IMG/VR virus record: IMGVR_UViG_3300027734_003408
Coordinates: 1-55,848 of that record
DNA: 55,848 bases
Direction: 5' to 3' (one strand)
From: a virus
Lineage: Duplodnaviria > Caudoviricetes
Positions 1 to 9,781 of this stretch are shown piece by piece. The position numbers were made by a program, and so were the translations under genes. Within the stretch, counting starts at the first letter, position 1, and every line of letters begins with the position of its first letter. Under the pieces are notes generated by a model. It was not told the DNA's origin. It saw only the letters and a program-made list of their open reading frames with translations, and made no database searches.

Positions 1-532
1 TATGGGTTTTACTACTGCGATTTCCCCCTGTTTTCATCATCAAGTATTCGTAGGTGATTCTGTGTGCACCTGATCCCACAGCAATAAACACAGGTTGAGG
101 GGTGGTACGCAACAGCGCGGCAAACTCATCAGGCGTGTTCACCGCACTGGTTGAGATAGCCACCAACACTAGAGGGCTCTTGCCTGTGGTGAGCACATCT
201 TCAAAACTATTGTATTCATACTTTTTGATGTCTCGCTGCCAGATGTCTTGTGTGACGTATTGACTCATGTGATTGAACGCAGCAATGGTATGTCCATCAG
301 GTGCCACAGTCATCAGGTGATTCATGGCAATCACACTGTCCCCACCTGCACGATTTTCCACAACAAACGTGATCTTTTTGTTGGTGCGGTTGATGATCTG
401 TGACAGTTTTCTAAATGCCAGTTCGTTGCCAGCACCAGGTGCATTGCCTATCACCACTGTGACAGGGCGTGTGGGTTCCCAGGCTAGAGCCATCACAGGC
501 AGCATGAGTAAGAGTACGAGCAGTCGTTTCAT
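1..532 (-). CDS. Bug/TctC-family tripartite tricarboxylate transporter substrate-binding protein (3' end runs off the window)
   Basis: Not in the ORF track. Manual translation from ATG 532: signal peptide MKRLLVLLLMLPVMALAW, then EPTRPVTVVIGNAPGAGNE...FVVENRAGG...APDGHTI, the typical Bug motifs. AAGGA RBS upstream. Confidence 0.85.
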   Translation of the reverse strand, partial: MKRLLVLLLMLPVMALAWEPTRPVTVVIGNAPGAGNELAFRKLSQIINRTNKKITFVVENRAGGDSVIAMNHLMTVAPDGHTIAAFNHMSQYVTQDIWQRDIKKYEYNSFEDVLTTGKSPLVLVAISTSAVNTPDEFAALLRTTPQPVFIAVGSGAHRITYEYLMMKTGGNRSSKTH

Positions 533-541
533 AATAGTTCC

Positions 542-772
542 TTATTTCAAAAAATACATGTACACCAGTGCCGGTATGATAATGAAGAACTGGGGCAAAA
601 AGTTCAACATCAGGGCTCGCTCACGCCAGCGATAACCCACATAGATCCAGCCACAGGCTCCGATCATTTGTACAAAACTGTTCCAAGGCGTGATGCCAAA
701 CACATGCAACACCATGGCACACAAGATTGTGACAGCACTGGCGTACTTGATATACCAAACATGATCTCTCAT
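542..772 (-). CDS. small multi-pass membrane protein
   Basis: Start reassigned to MRDHVWY (ATGA overlap with the upstream stop); about three hydrophobic helices. Confidence 0.7.
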   Translation of the reverse strand: MRDHVWYIKYASAVTILCAMVLHVFGITPWNSFVQMIGACGWIYVGYRWRERALMLNFLPQFFIIIPALVYMYFLK

Positions 773-1344
773 TTGAACACCGTTACTAAAATATCTGGAA
801 CAGTCCGTGCAATATCTGCTCGGTGCCCAAATGTTGACTCCACCCATTCGGGGGTAAAGTGATGCCAAGTGGCGTTTCTACTGTGTGCATATTCAAGTAT
901 GCACTGATTCTGTTGGGTGATTGCTGCCAACATGCCCATGCTGTCTTTGTAAGCGTCATAGCAAGGATACTTGATTTGAAATCCTCCGGCTTCGTGCCAC
1001 CAAGCATATGACGCCATGTCCGGACGATACACCAACATGATCCAATCCGCAGGAAATGCTTGTGCTACATCAGGCAACATATATGCCCAGTCGTGACTTT
1101 TGACCAAGCGTGTGCTGCTGGGCTCGGTCCAAGCTGAGTCAATGTAGTCAGCATCTAGTCGGCATTCCAGTTCCATGCCAGGGCCAAAGTATGCACCTTG
1201 ATGTCCGGTGTAACTGTGATGACTGTAGGTACGTGCAGGTGTACGGTCACTTGTATTAAAGCCAGGAATTGATTCCAAGGTTTGTGCAATACCTGACCAG
1301 CGTGAGCCAGGCACACCTGTTAAAAATATTCTGTTGGGAAGCAT
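769..1344 (-). CDS. sulfotransferase-like / P-loop-fold protein
   Basis: N-terminal IFLTGVPGSRWSG, then LVKSH and MLVYRP, resembling the sulfotransferase 5'-PSB, KxH and 3'-PB segments. Confidence 0.5.
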   Translation of the reverse strand: MLPNRIFLTGVPGSRWSGIAQTLESIPGFNTSDRTPARTYSHHSYTGHQGAYFGPGMELECRLDADYIDSAWTEPSSTRLVKSHDWAYMLPDVAQAFPADWIMLVYRPDMASYAWWHEAGGFQIKYPCYDAYKDSMGMLAAITQQNQCILEYAHSRNATWHHFTPEWVESTFGHRADIARTVPDILVTVFK

Positions 1345-1349
1345 GAGTA

Positions 1350-1355
1350 TAATTA
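1350..1355. promoter_or_regulatory. palindromic TAATTA late-promoter-like box shared by two divergent genes
   Basis: Lies exactly 5 nt from ATG 1344 (-) and from ATG 1361 (+); variant of the TAAATA box seen elsewhere. Confidence 0.5.
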
Positions 1356-1360
1356 ATTAT

Positions 1361-1876
1361 ATGGATCAACACACCCTAGACAAATATTTCAGCACACACT
1401 GGCATTCAAACATTGACCAATATGAGTATTCAGGGTGGGCCTTGTGCAATAAAATACATCTAGGCGAATCAGTGCTGGATGTGGGCTGTGGCACCAACCC
1501 GTTTAGAGGACGCATTGCCAACTTGATCGGAATTGATCCTGCATTTGATCAGGCCGACTACAAGTGTACCATTGAACAATTCCGATCAAACATTCAGTTC
1601 AACGTGGCTTTTTGTTTGGGCAGTGTAAACTTTGGCTCAGAAGCGACTATTCTACGACAAATTGGTCATGTGGTCGATCTGTTGACTCCACATGCTAGAA
1701 TCTACTGGCGCTGCAATCCCGGACGTCAAGATCATGGCAACGAACATTGTCAGGCAATTGATTTCTTTTCATGGACCCCAGAACTGTTGACCCAGTATGC
1801 TGAACAGTTTGGATTTACTGTAGCCGATCTACAGCAAGATTCAAACAACAGGCTCTACTGCGAGTGGACACGCTGA
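1361..1876 (+). CDS. class I SAM-dependent methyltransferase
   Basis: VLDVGCG motif I followed by IGID; start reassigned to MDQHTL. Confidence 0.8.
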   Translation: MDQHTLDKYFSTHWHSNIDQYEYSGWALCNKIHLGESVLDVGCGTNPFRGRIANLIGIDPAFDQADYKCTIEQFRSNIQFNVAFCLGSVNFGSEATILRQIGHVVDLLTPHARIYWRCNPGRQDHGNEHCQAIDFFSWTPELLTQYAEQFGFTVADLQQDSNNRLYCEWTR

Positions 1877-1877
1877 T

Positions 1878-2834
1878 TTACCAACTGATTATGATCACAA
1901 AACCCGGGCCACCGTAGCCACCAGGTCTGACTGTGACGCTGGTTATATTTGATCCACCTGATCCGCCGCCACCACAACCCGGAGCACCATCGCCACCTGC
2001 ACCAGGAATACTGCTTGCATTTTGAACTGCGCCGCCGCCACCTGTGCCTCCAAAATTAAATAACAAGTTTCGTGACACAAATCCTGATCTGCCTGCACCG
2101 CCCGAACTAGGAGCATTTGTGCCGGCAATGCCACCCGAGATGGGCAATGGGAAGAAGTCAGTGCCCAGTGTACCTGTTATTGCACTGACAGCACCGCCTG
2201 CAAACGCTGCATTAACACCATTACTCCCACCGCCACCTGTTCCACCTGTGACCATGAGGCCATTCGCTTGTGGAGTTAATGAGTCTCCAACAGCCGTAAT
2301 TCGGCCAGTGCTACCAGCCTGGCCAGCCAAAAAATTATAAACTCCACGTCCGGCCAAGCACATGTTGGCGATTGTGGACACAGTCCCGGCAGTCCCGGCA
2401 AGCCCGGACACACCGCCCCCACCACCACCGCCCCCACCACCATTGGCAACCAAAAACAGCATGTTGGCAGTGAGTGTGGTGCTGGGTTCTATTGCAACAT
2501 AAGTTGCTATGCCAGCAGTGCCATTAGCCGAAGCTACCGCTCCACCAACCCCACCAAATCCTGCTTGAACATACAAGGTGTCAGGTACAAATTGTGCGGG
2601 AATCATCGCTGTGGTCTGTGCACCTGATCCACCACCACCACCACCGCAACCTGTGGCGGCTGCGTTTCGTCCACAACCACCACCACCTGCACCACCTACT
2701 CCAATCATGTACACCCAGTTTACACCTCGTGGTTTACGCCAGGTCTGCCAACGTACTAGTGTGGTACCGGTTGCGGCGTAGAACTGCTGTATATCATAGC
2801 CTGGTGTTGAGAGTATGTGATTGAAATCTAGCAT
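1878..2834 (-). CDS. Gly-rich virion adhesin-like protein, paralogue 3
   Basis: MLDFNHILSTPG...WQTWRKPRG; polyglycine motifs; C-terminus GGPGFVIIISW. Confidence 0.75.
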   Translation of the reverse strand: MLDFNHILSTPGYDIQQFYAATGTTLVRWQTWRKPRGVNWVYMIGVGGAGGGGCGRNAAATGCGGGGGGSGAQTTAMIPAQFVPDTLYVQAGFGGVGGAVASANGTAGIATYVAIEPSTTLTANMLFLVANGGGGGGGGGGVSGLAGTAGTVSTIANMCLAGRGVYNFLAGQAGSTGRITAVGDSLTPQANGLMVTGGTGGGGSNGVNAAFAGGAVSAITGTLGTDFFPLPISGGIAGTNAPSSGGAGRSGFVSRNLLFNFGGTGGGGAVQNASSIPGAGGDGAPGCGGGGSGGSNITSVTVRPGGYGGPGFVIIISW

Positions 2835-2837
2835 AGT

Positions 2838-3770
2838 TTACCAACTCATGATAATAACAAAACCGTCACCACCGTTGCCGGGTCTGGCCAAGGTGGCTGA
2901 CAATGTAGAACCACCTGCGCCGCCGCCACCAGATCCGGGTGCGCCATCGCCGCCGCCGCCGGCTGCCGGCCCGCTAGTGAGCCCTTCGCCACCGCCGCCT
3001 GCACCACCATAATTCATTATGAAATTTTTCATAACAGCACCTGCTCGACCAGTATCTGATGCACCAGCACTAGGTGCGCTACCTCCAGCATAAGTAGGCA
3101 AAAAGAAATCATTTATGGGTGAACCCGCTGGCACTGTGAATCCACCGCCAGCGCCGCCACCAAGACTACTGCCAGATGACCCACCACCACCTGCTCCGCC
3201 CATGACCATGAGTCCAGTAACTGGATAAGTCACAGCATTACTGGCGGTGTTGACTGCACCACCTGCTGTGCCAGATTGCCCCACAAAAAATGTGTAGTAT
3301 CCACGTGCAGCCAAGGGCATGCCAGCAATGGTGGCCACAGTGCCACCAGTGACAGCACCTGATGCTCCACCGTTGGCCACTAATAATGTCATGTTGGCAG
3401 TGAGTGTGGTACTGGGTTCTATGGCAATATAAGTTGGTACTCCACCCACTTGTGTAGCAGCACTTACCAGCACAGCAGGTTGTCGACCTCCTGCACCACA
3501 TTGCACATACAATGTATCAGGTACGAAAAATGCCGGAATCCACACGCAGGTTTGAGCACCCGAGCCACCGCCGCCACCGCCTGCATTACTAGCGGCCGCG
3601 TTGGAACTCACTGCACCACTACTTCCACCACCCACACCTATCATGTAGATGTTTTTAACGCCACGTGGTTTGCGCCAGGTCTGCCACTGTGTCAATGTCG
3701 CAGTGCTTTGCCCAGAGAAATACTGCACATCCATGCCGGGAGTTGAGAGTATGTTGTTGAAGTCTAGCAT
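2838..3770 (-). CDS. Gly-rich virion adhesin-like protein, paralogue 2
   Basis: Same conserved N- and C-terminal blocks as its neighbours. Confidence 0.75.
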   Translation of the reverse strand: MLDFNNILSTPGMDVQYFSGQSTATLTQWQTWRKPRGVKNIYMIGVGGGSSGAVSSNAAASNAGGGGGGSGAQTCVWIPAFFVPDTLYVQCGAGGRQPAVLVSAATQVGGVPTYIAIEPSTTLTANMTLLVANGGASGAVTGGTVATIAGMPLAARGYYTFFVGQSGTAGGAVNTASNAVTYPVTGLMVMGGAGGGGSSGSSLGGGAGGGFTVPAGSPINDFFLPTYAGGSAPSAGASDTGRAGAVMKNFIMNYGGAGGGGEGLTSGPAAGGGGDGAPGSGGGGAGGSTLSATLARPGNGGDGFVIIMSW

Positions 3771-3771
3771 G

Positions 3772-4701
3772 TTATGTAGTTATTATGTAAACAAATCCTG
3801 GACCACCTGAACCAGCAGGGGCAATGGTAGGGAAGCTGTTGCTTGCGCCACCGCCACCGCCACCGCCACATCCTGGTGCACCATTACTACCAGCAGTACC
3901 TTGAAAACTGCCACCACCGCCACCACCTCCTGTGCCCCCATAATTCATCATGAAGTTTCTTGCTATAAATCCAGGATTTGCATCAATTGATGCAAATGCA
4001 GAGCCGCCTTGCAAGAGTGGGAAAAACTCTGTTCCAAGAAAACCACTGGTGCCTACTGTGCCGCCGGTGCCTGATCCCACACCGCCACCGCCGGATCCGC
4101 CAGTGACCATGAGTCCGGTGGTGGGTAGGTTAACTGTTGGTGCACTGGAGTTGGCCGCACCACCGGCACCGCCCACCTGTCCTGCTATCAGCGTATAAAA
4201 TCCCCGACCGGCCAAACACATGCCAGCAAGGGTTGCGGCTGCAACTGCACCCGGTGCTAAACCACCATTTGCAGTAGTAGGGGCAGTTGCACTCACAGTG
4301 CCGTTGTTGGCCAGCAACACAGTTCCTGCAGGTGCAATGGTTGTGTAAGGTGAGATACACACATAGGTTGGCTGTCCCACAACACCAAACCCTGCCGAAG
4401 TGGTTGCTCCTGCTCCACCTGCTCCTGCTTGAATGTACAACACATCCGGCACAAACATGGCTGGAATCATCACAGTGGTCTGGCCGCCACTGCTGCCACC
4501 TGCGCCACCGCCACCGGTAGTGACCGCAGCAGCATTACCACAACTGCCGCCACCACCGCCACCCACACCAATCATGTAGATCCATCGAGCACCACGTGGT
4601 TTTTTCCACACTTGCCACTGCAATAGAGTAGTAGTGACCGGGCCTCGAAAATACTGTATGTCAGCGCCGGGAGTGGCTAAAATGTTGTTGAAATCTAGCA
4701 T
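3772..4701 (-). CDS. Gly-rich virion adhesin-like protein, paralogue 1
   Basis: Same conserved N- and C-terminal blocks as its neighbours. Confidence 0.75.
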   Translation of the reverse strand: MLDFNNILATPGADIQYFRGPVTTTLLQWQVWKKPRGARWIYMIGVGGGGGGSCGNAAAVTTGGGGAGGSSGGQTTVMIPAMFVPDVLYIQAGAGGAGATTSAGFGVVGQPTYVCISPYTTIAPAGTVLLANNGTVSATAPTTANGGLAPGAVAAATLAGMCLAGRGFYTLIAGQVGGAGGAANSSAPTVNLPTTGLMVTGGSGGGGVGSGTGGTVGTSGFLGTEFFPLLQGGSAFASIDANPGFIARNFMMNYGGTGGGGGGGSFQGTAGSNGAPGCGGGGGGGASNSFPTIAPAGSGGPGFVYIITT

Positions 4702-4710
4702 GTTAGGTGT

Positions 4711-5133
4711 TTAATATGCGCCGGCAATTACACTAGCAACCCAGCCTGCGGCCACTGTGGTGCCTAGACCTGCATACAGTCTGTAGCCTGCGGGCAAGGC
4801 AAAGTTTAGTGGATAGTCAACGTCCACTGTGGCTGCGGTGTTGGTGGCAGTGGTACCCGGCAAGGATACTTCACCATAAAACACGTTGTTGGTGGCTGTG
4901 GCGTTGGTTGAGCCGTTGTTGATGTATATACGTGCCACGCTGGCTGTGTTGGTACCAATTGCTTTTAATCTTATACGCTGTACAAAACCGCCATTGGTGG
5001 CGTCTGCTGTAAAGATCAAGATGTTGTTGGCACCAGCGCCTGTATAGTCACCGGTGGCTGTTAGTAGTGTGGTGCTGGCAATGCCACCTACGGCACCTGC
5101 TTTTGAAAAAATTGGATTGGGATTTGCTGCCAT
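4711..5133 (-). CDS. small beta-rich virion protein, possible fibre-tip adaptor
   Basis: 140 aa; GGAG RBS and TAAATA upstream; sits between a long fibre and the Gly-rich triad. Confidence 0.65.
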   Translation of the reverse strand: MAANPNPIFSKAGAVGGIASTTLLTATGDYTGAGANNILIFTADATNGGFVQRIRLKAIGTNTASVARIYINNGSTNATATNNVFYGEVSLPGTTATNTAATVDVDYPLNFALPAGYRLYAGLGTTVAAGWVASVIAGAY

Positions 5134-5158
5134 GTTTTATATCTCCATTATGTATGTA

Positions 5159-5164
5159 TATTTA
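5159..5164 (-). promoter_or_regulatory. TAAATA late promoter box
   Basis: Overlaps the stop codon of the 1533-aa fibre gene, upstream of the 140-aa gene. Confidence 0.55.
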
Positions 5165-8100
5165 TGGCAGGTTCCACCACTGTGCTGTGGTTGTGACCCT
5201 GCCCAAGTTCATGCCTGTGTCTTGTGTGGTGTCATCCGCAAAGTTGAATCCAAGATTATCCACAGTGACCACGTTGGCTGTACCGCCCACTGAAAACGCT
5301 ATGTTACCACCAGATGTGTTGATGTTCACATTTGATGTGCCATTGGCAATGCTGGCACCAGCAATACCAGTCAACTGTGAGCCATTACCTATGAAGTAGT
5401 TGCCGGCAATGTTACCAGTTGTGGTGATATTGGCAGCACTGACCAGAGCCGACACCACGTTTGAACTCAAACTCAAACCCGCTGCATTTAGGTTACCACC
5501 TGTGATGTTGCCAGTGACTGAAACTGTGGTTCCTGTGTGTGTTGTGGCATTGACATTGGCACCACCCAAGATGTTACCACCTGAGATATTGGCAGTTGTG
5601 GTGATATTGGCTGCTGACACCAAAGCACTTACCACGTTTGAGCTCAAGCTCAAACCGGCTGCATTTAAGTTACCACCTGTGATGTTACCAGTTACCGAAA
5701 CTGTGGTTCCTGTGTGTGTTGTGGCATTGACATTGGCACCACCCAAGATGTTACCACCTGAAATATTGGCAGTTGTTGTGACATTTGATGTTGAATTGAT
5801 TGCTGACACCACGTTTGAACTCAAGCTCAGGCCAGCGGCATTCAAATTACCACCAGTAATATTACCAGTCACACTCACAATGGTGCCAGTTACATTGCCC
5901 ACCACGGTGCCAATCAAGTTACCACCAGAGATATTGGCAGTTGTTGTGACATTGCTGGTTGAATTGATTGCTGACACCACGTTTGAACTCAGGCTCAATC
6001 CCCCAGCGTTCAAATTACCACCAGTGATGTTACCAGTAGCTGATATCAAGCCATTTACATATTCACCTGTGGTGGCCCATACCACCACGTTTGATGTTCC
6101 AGCCACACCCACTGTGATGTTGGCACTGCTCAACACAGTGACATTTGATGTACCGTTAGTGATACTTGTGCCACCACTGCTGGCAATTCCTGTGAGTTGT
6201 GATCCATTTCCTATGAAATAAGCACCGGCAACGTTGCCAGTTGTGGTGATGTTTGATGTTGAATTGATTGCACTTACAACATTTGAACTTAGACTCAACC
6301 CAGCGGCATTCAAGTTGCCACCGGTTATGTTACCTGTCACTGACACTGTTGTACCAGTTACATTACCTACCAGTGTGCCAAGTATATTACCACCACTAAT
6401 GTTGCCAGTTGTGGTGATGTTTGAGGTTGAATTGATTGCACTCACAACATTGCTGCTTAAACTCAATCCAGCAGCATTTAGATTACCACCGGTTATGTTG
6501 CCTGTCACACTTACACTGGTGCCGGTGGCAGCACCAATATTGGGAGTGGTCAAGTTGGCTGATGTTTTGACAATGATATTGCCCGAGCCATCAAACGCAG
6601 TGGTTGTATTATCAACTTTGGCATTGATAACTGTGCCCGCCAAACTAACACCAGCCAGGGTGTTGGCTGTGTAAACCTGACTGGTGGCAAAAGTACTGAA
6701 TGTGATATTGCTGGTACCAAATGTGATTGTACCAGCGGGTGCGCTGACAATAAATGCTGTGCCTGCATTGACGCTGCCACCAGTGGTATAGAAATAGTCG
6801 TTGATGCTGAATGCAGTGGCACTGTCTGACCCGTACTCGTCAGCATCAGTTGAACGCACAATGTTGGTGGCGTTGGCCCAGGTGTACACACCGTTGGTGA
6901 CTGCGTTGGCTTCGTTCTTGACAAGAATACGTGTGCCCACGGTTTGTACATTGGCAGTGTCAATCAGGTTAAAACTACCAGTTGTGGTCAACAGTGCACC
7001 AACCCCATTGCCTGCACCGTTGGGCTGAGTGTATGTGATTGTGCCACCTGTGGTGGCAGCCATTGTGGTTGTTGAGGCTGCTGCTACAGGTTGGTGATAG
7101 GCAATACCGCTGGTTACATAAAGATCAACATAGTTTTTAGTGGCCACATCTTGATTTTGCACAGGATCTAACACGCCATTGATGTATGTTGAGTTGACCA
7201 CAACATTGCCAGTAGCACTGAGATTCAGCGCACCAGTTGATTTGACAGTGGTAGCAGTACCAACAATGGTATTGGTGTTGACGTTACCACCAGTGATGTT
7301 GCCTGTGGCACTGATCAAGCCAGGTGTGGTGATGTTGCCACCGGCAATGTTTGAGGTGGCATTTAGATTGCCAATCACATTGCCACTCAGGCTCAGGCCA
7401 GCGGCCACCAAGTTGCCAGACAGTACATTGCCTGTGGCACTGATGTTTCCCGAAGAAGTAATGCCACCGGCTGCAACATTGCTGACAGCACTGACGTTAC
7501 CACCGGTGATGTTGGCACTAGCACTGAGTGTGGTGGCACTGATCACATTGGCACCAGTGATATTACCGCCTGAGCCGCCACCTGAGATGATGTTGCCACC
7601 CGTGATGTTGCCAGTTGCTGAGATCAATCCAGTTACATATTCACCTGTGGTGGCCCATACCACCACATTTGATGTACCACCCACACCCACAGTGACGTTG
7701 CCACCTGAACTCACAACAGTGACGTTGCTTGTGCCATTGCTGATACTTGTGCCACTACCGCTGGCAATGCCAGTGAGTTGTGATCCATTTCCTATGAAAT
7801 AACCACCTGAGATGTTGGCAGTTGTGGTGATGTTTGAGGTTGAATTGATTGCACTTACAACATTTGAACTCAGGCTCAAACCAGCAGCATTCAAGTTGCC
7901 GGCAGTTACATTACCAGTTGAACTAATCAATCCCGGTGTGGTGACATTGCCACCAGCAATGTTGCCAGTGACATTGAGTGCGCTGATAACGTTACCACTC
8001 AGGCTCAGGCCCACAGCATTTACATTTCCAGCCAGCACATTGCCTGTGGCACTGATATTGCCTGAAGAAGTAATGCCTGCGGCACCCACATTGCTGACAG

Positions 8101-9763
8101 CAGTGATATTGGTGGCAGCAGTCAGACTGGAACTCAAATTCAGAGCAGATACCACATTTGAACTCAGGCTCAATCCAGCAGCATTCAAGTTGCCACCTGT
8201 GACGTTACCAGTCACACTCACAGTTGTGCCAGTGTGTGTTGTGGCATTGACATTGGCACCGCCCAGGATATTGCCACCAAATATGTTGCCAGTGGCACTG
8301 ATGTTGCCCGAAGAAGTAATGCCTGCCGCCCCCACGTTGCCTGTGGCAGCAACCAAGCCTGGAGTGTTGATGTTACTGCCAGTGATGTTGCCAGTGACGT
8401 TGAGTGCTGACACCACATTTGAACTCAGGCTCAAACCGGCTGCATTTAAATTCCCACCAACAATGTTGCCGGCAACACTGAGTGCTAGGCCCGAAGTATT
8501 GGCAATGGCCAACACAGTATTGGCCGAAGTTGTCATGCTGGCATTGCCCAATACTGGACCAACCGCAATGGCCGTGGTTGAATTGGCCAAGCCGCCGGTG
8601 CCAATGTTGATGTTCTTGAAAACGCCCGAAGTTGCGGCACCTGTGCCAACGTTGTATGTGGCATTGGCCGCACTGGAACCAATTGTGGCATTGGCACCCA
8701 ATGTGGTTATATTTGCACTGGTGATGTCGCTGGTGACATTGAGTGCTGACACCACGTTGCCACTTAGACTCAGACCCACTGCGTTCAAGTTGGCACTGAT
8801 GATGTTGCCAGTGGCCGAAATTATGCCAGTTACATATTCACCTGTGGTGGCAAACACAGCCACATTGCCAGTTCCGCCTACTCCCACTGTGATGTTGCCA
8901 CCCGAACTCACAACTGTGACATTTGATGTGCCATTGTTGATGTTGGCCACACTTGTGATCACACCAGTCAACTGAGATCCATTACCTAAAATATAGTTGC
9001 CAGTGACGTTGCCAGTGGCACTGACAACTCCAGTTACAAAGGCTCCAGTTGTGGCAAATGTTGCAATGGCAGTACCTGCCACATTGGCTGTGATATTGCT
9101 GCTGGCGCTGACCACCACGTTTGATGTACCATTGGTAATGGCAGCACCTGCTGCCACTGTGATACCTGTGAGTTGTGACCCATTGCCAATGAAGTAGTTG
9201 CCGGCAATGTTGGCAGTGGTGGTGATGTTTGAGGTTGAATTAAGTTGACTGATGACATTTGAACTCAGGCTCAGACCCCCAGCCAGAATATTACCACCAG
9301 CAATGTTACCAGTTGTGGTGATGTTTGAGGTTGAGTTGATTGCACTCACCACGTTTGAACTTAGACTCAAGCCCCCAGCATTTAAATTTCCACTGTTTAC
9401 ATTGCCAGTTGCGCTGATCAGTCCTGATGTTCGTAAATTACCAGCATCAATGTTACCTGTGACACTCACAGTTGTACCTGTGACGTTACCAACCACGGTG
9501 CCAATTAAGTTGCCACCAGAAATGTTGGCAGTGGTTGTTATGTTTGCGGTGGAGTTGATTGCACTTATGACATTTGAGCTCAAACTTAGTCCAGCAGCAT
9601 TTAAATTGCCGCCTGTGATGTTACCAGTTGCTGAGATCAGGCCCACAGTCGTGACATTTCCAGCAATCACATTGGCCGTAGAAACCACGTTGCCCGTGGC
9701 TGTTACAAACGTGTCTACTGTTACGTTGCCGTAAATTCTAGTGCCTGATTGGAGTTTTGCCAT
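5162..9763 (-). CDS. long repeat-rich tail fibre-like protein (1533 aa)
   Basis: Many GNITGGNLNAAGLSLSSNVVSA and YFIGNGSQLTG repeats; internal QDVATKNYVD...RILVKNE...NGVY fibre domain. Confidence 0.8.
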   Translation of the reverse strand: MAKLQSGTRIYGNVTVDTFVTATGNVVSTANVIAGNVTTVGLISATGNITGGNLNAAGLSLSSNVISAINSTANITTTANISGGNLIGTVVGNVTGTTVSVTGNIDAGNLRTSGLISATGNVNSGNLNAGGLSLSSNVVSAINSTSNITTTGNIAGGNILAGGLSLSSNVISQLNSTSNITTTANIAGNYFIGNGSQLTGITVAAGAAITNGTSNVVVSASSNITANVAGTAIATFATTGAFVTGVVSATGNVTGNYILGNGSQLTGVITSVANINNGTSNVTVVSSGGNITVGVGGTGNVAVFATTGEYVTGIISATGNIISANLNAVGLSLSGNVVSALNVTSDITSANITTLGANATIGSSAANATYNVGTGAATSGVFKNINIGTGGLANSTTAIAVGPVLGNASMTTSANTVLAIANTSGLALSVAGNIVGGNLNAAGLSLSSNVVSALNVTGNITGSNINTPGLVAATGNVGAAGITSSGNISATGNIFGGNILGGANVNATTHTGTTVSVTGNVTGGNLNAAGLSLSSNVVSALNLSSSLTAATNITAVSNVGAAGITSSGNISATGNVLAGNVNAVGLSLSGNVISALNVTGNIAGGNVTTPGLISSTGNVTAGNLNAAGLSLSSNVVSAINSTSNITTTANISGGYFIGNGSQLTGIASGSGTSISNGTSNVTVVSSGGNVTVGVGGTSNVVVWATTGEYVTGLISATGNITGGNIISGGGSGGNITGANVISATTLSASANITGGNVSAVSNVAAGGITSSGNISATGNVLSGNLVAAGLSLSGNVIGNLNATSNIAGGNITTPGLISATGNITGGNVNTNTIVGTATTVKSTGALNLSATGNVVVNSTYINGVLDPVQNQDVATKNYVDLYVTSGIAYHQPVAAASTTTMAATTGGTITYTQPNGAGNGVGALLTTTGSFNLIDTANVQTVGTRILVKNEANAVTNGVYTWANATNIVRSTDADEYGSDSATAFSINDYFYTTGGSVNAGTAFIVSAPAGTITFGTSNITFSTFATSQVYTANTLAGVSLAGTVINAKVDNTTTAFDGSGNIIVKTSANLTTPNIGAATGTSVSVTGNITGGNLNAAGLSLSSNVVSAINSTSNITTTGNISGGNILGTLVGNVTGTTVSVTGNITGGNLNAAGLSLSSNVVSAINSTSNITTTGNVAGAYFIGNGSQLTGIASSGGTSITNGTSNVTVLSSANITVGVAGTSNVVVWATTGEYVNGLISATGNITGGNLNAGGLSLSSNVVSAINSTSNVTTTANISGGNLIGTVVGNVTGTIVSVTGNITGGNLNAAGLSLSSNVVSAINSTSNVTTTANISGGNILGGANVNATTHTGTTVSVTGNITGGNLNAAGLSLSSNVVSALVSAANITTTANISGGNILGGANVNATTHTGTTVSVTGNITGGNLNAAGLSLSSNVVSALVSAANITTTGNIAGNYFIGNGSQLTGIAGASIANGTSNVNINTSGGNIAFSVGGTANVVTVDNLGFNFADDTTQDTGMNLGRVTTTAQWWNLP

Positions 9764-9770
9764 GGTTTTG

Positions 9771-9776
9771 TATTTA
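9771..9776 (-). promoter_or_regulatory. TAAATA late promoter box
   Basis: 7 nt upstream of ATG 9763; no SD in between. Confidence 0.55.
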
Positions 9777-9781
9777 TTGTG

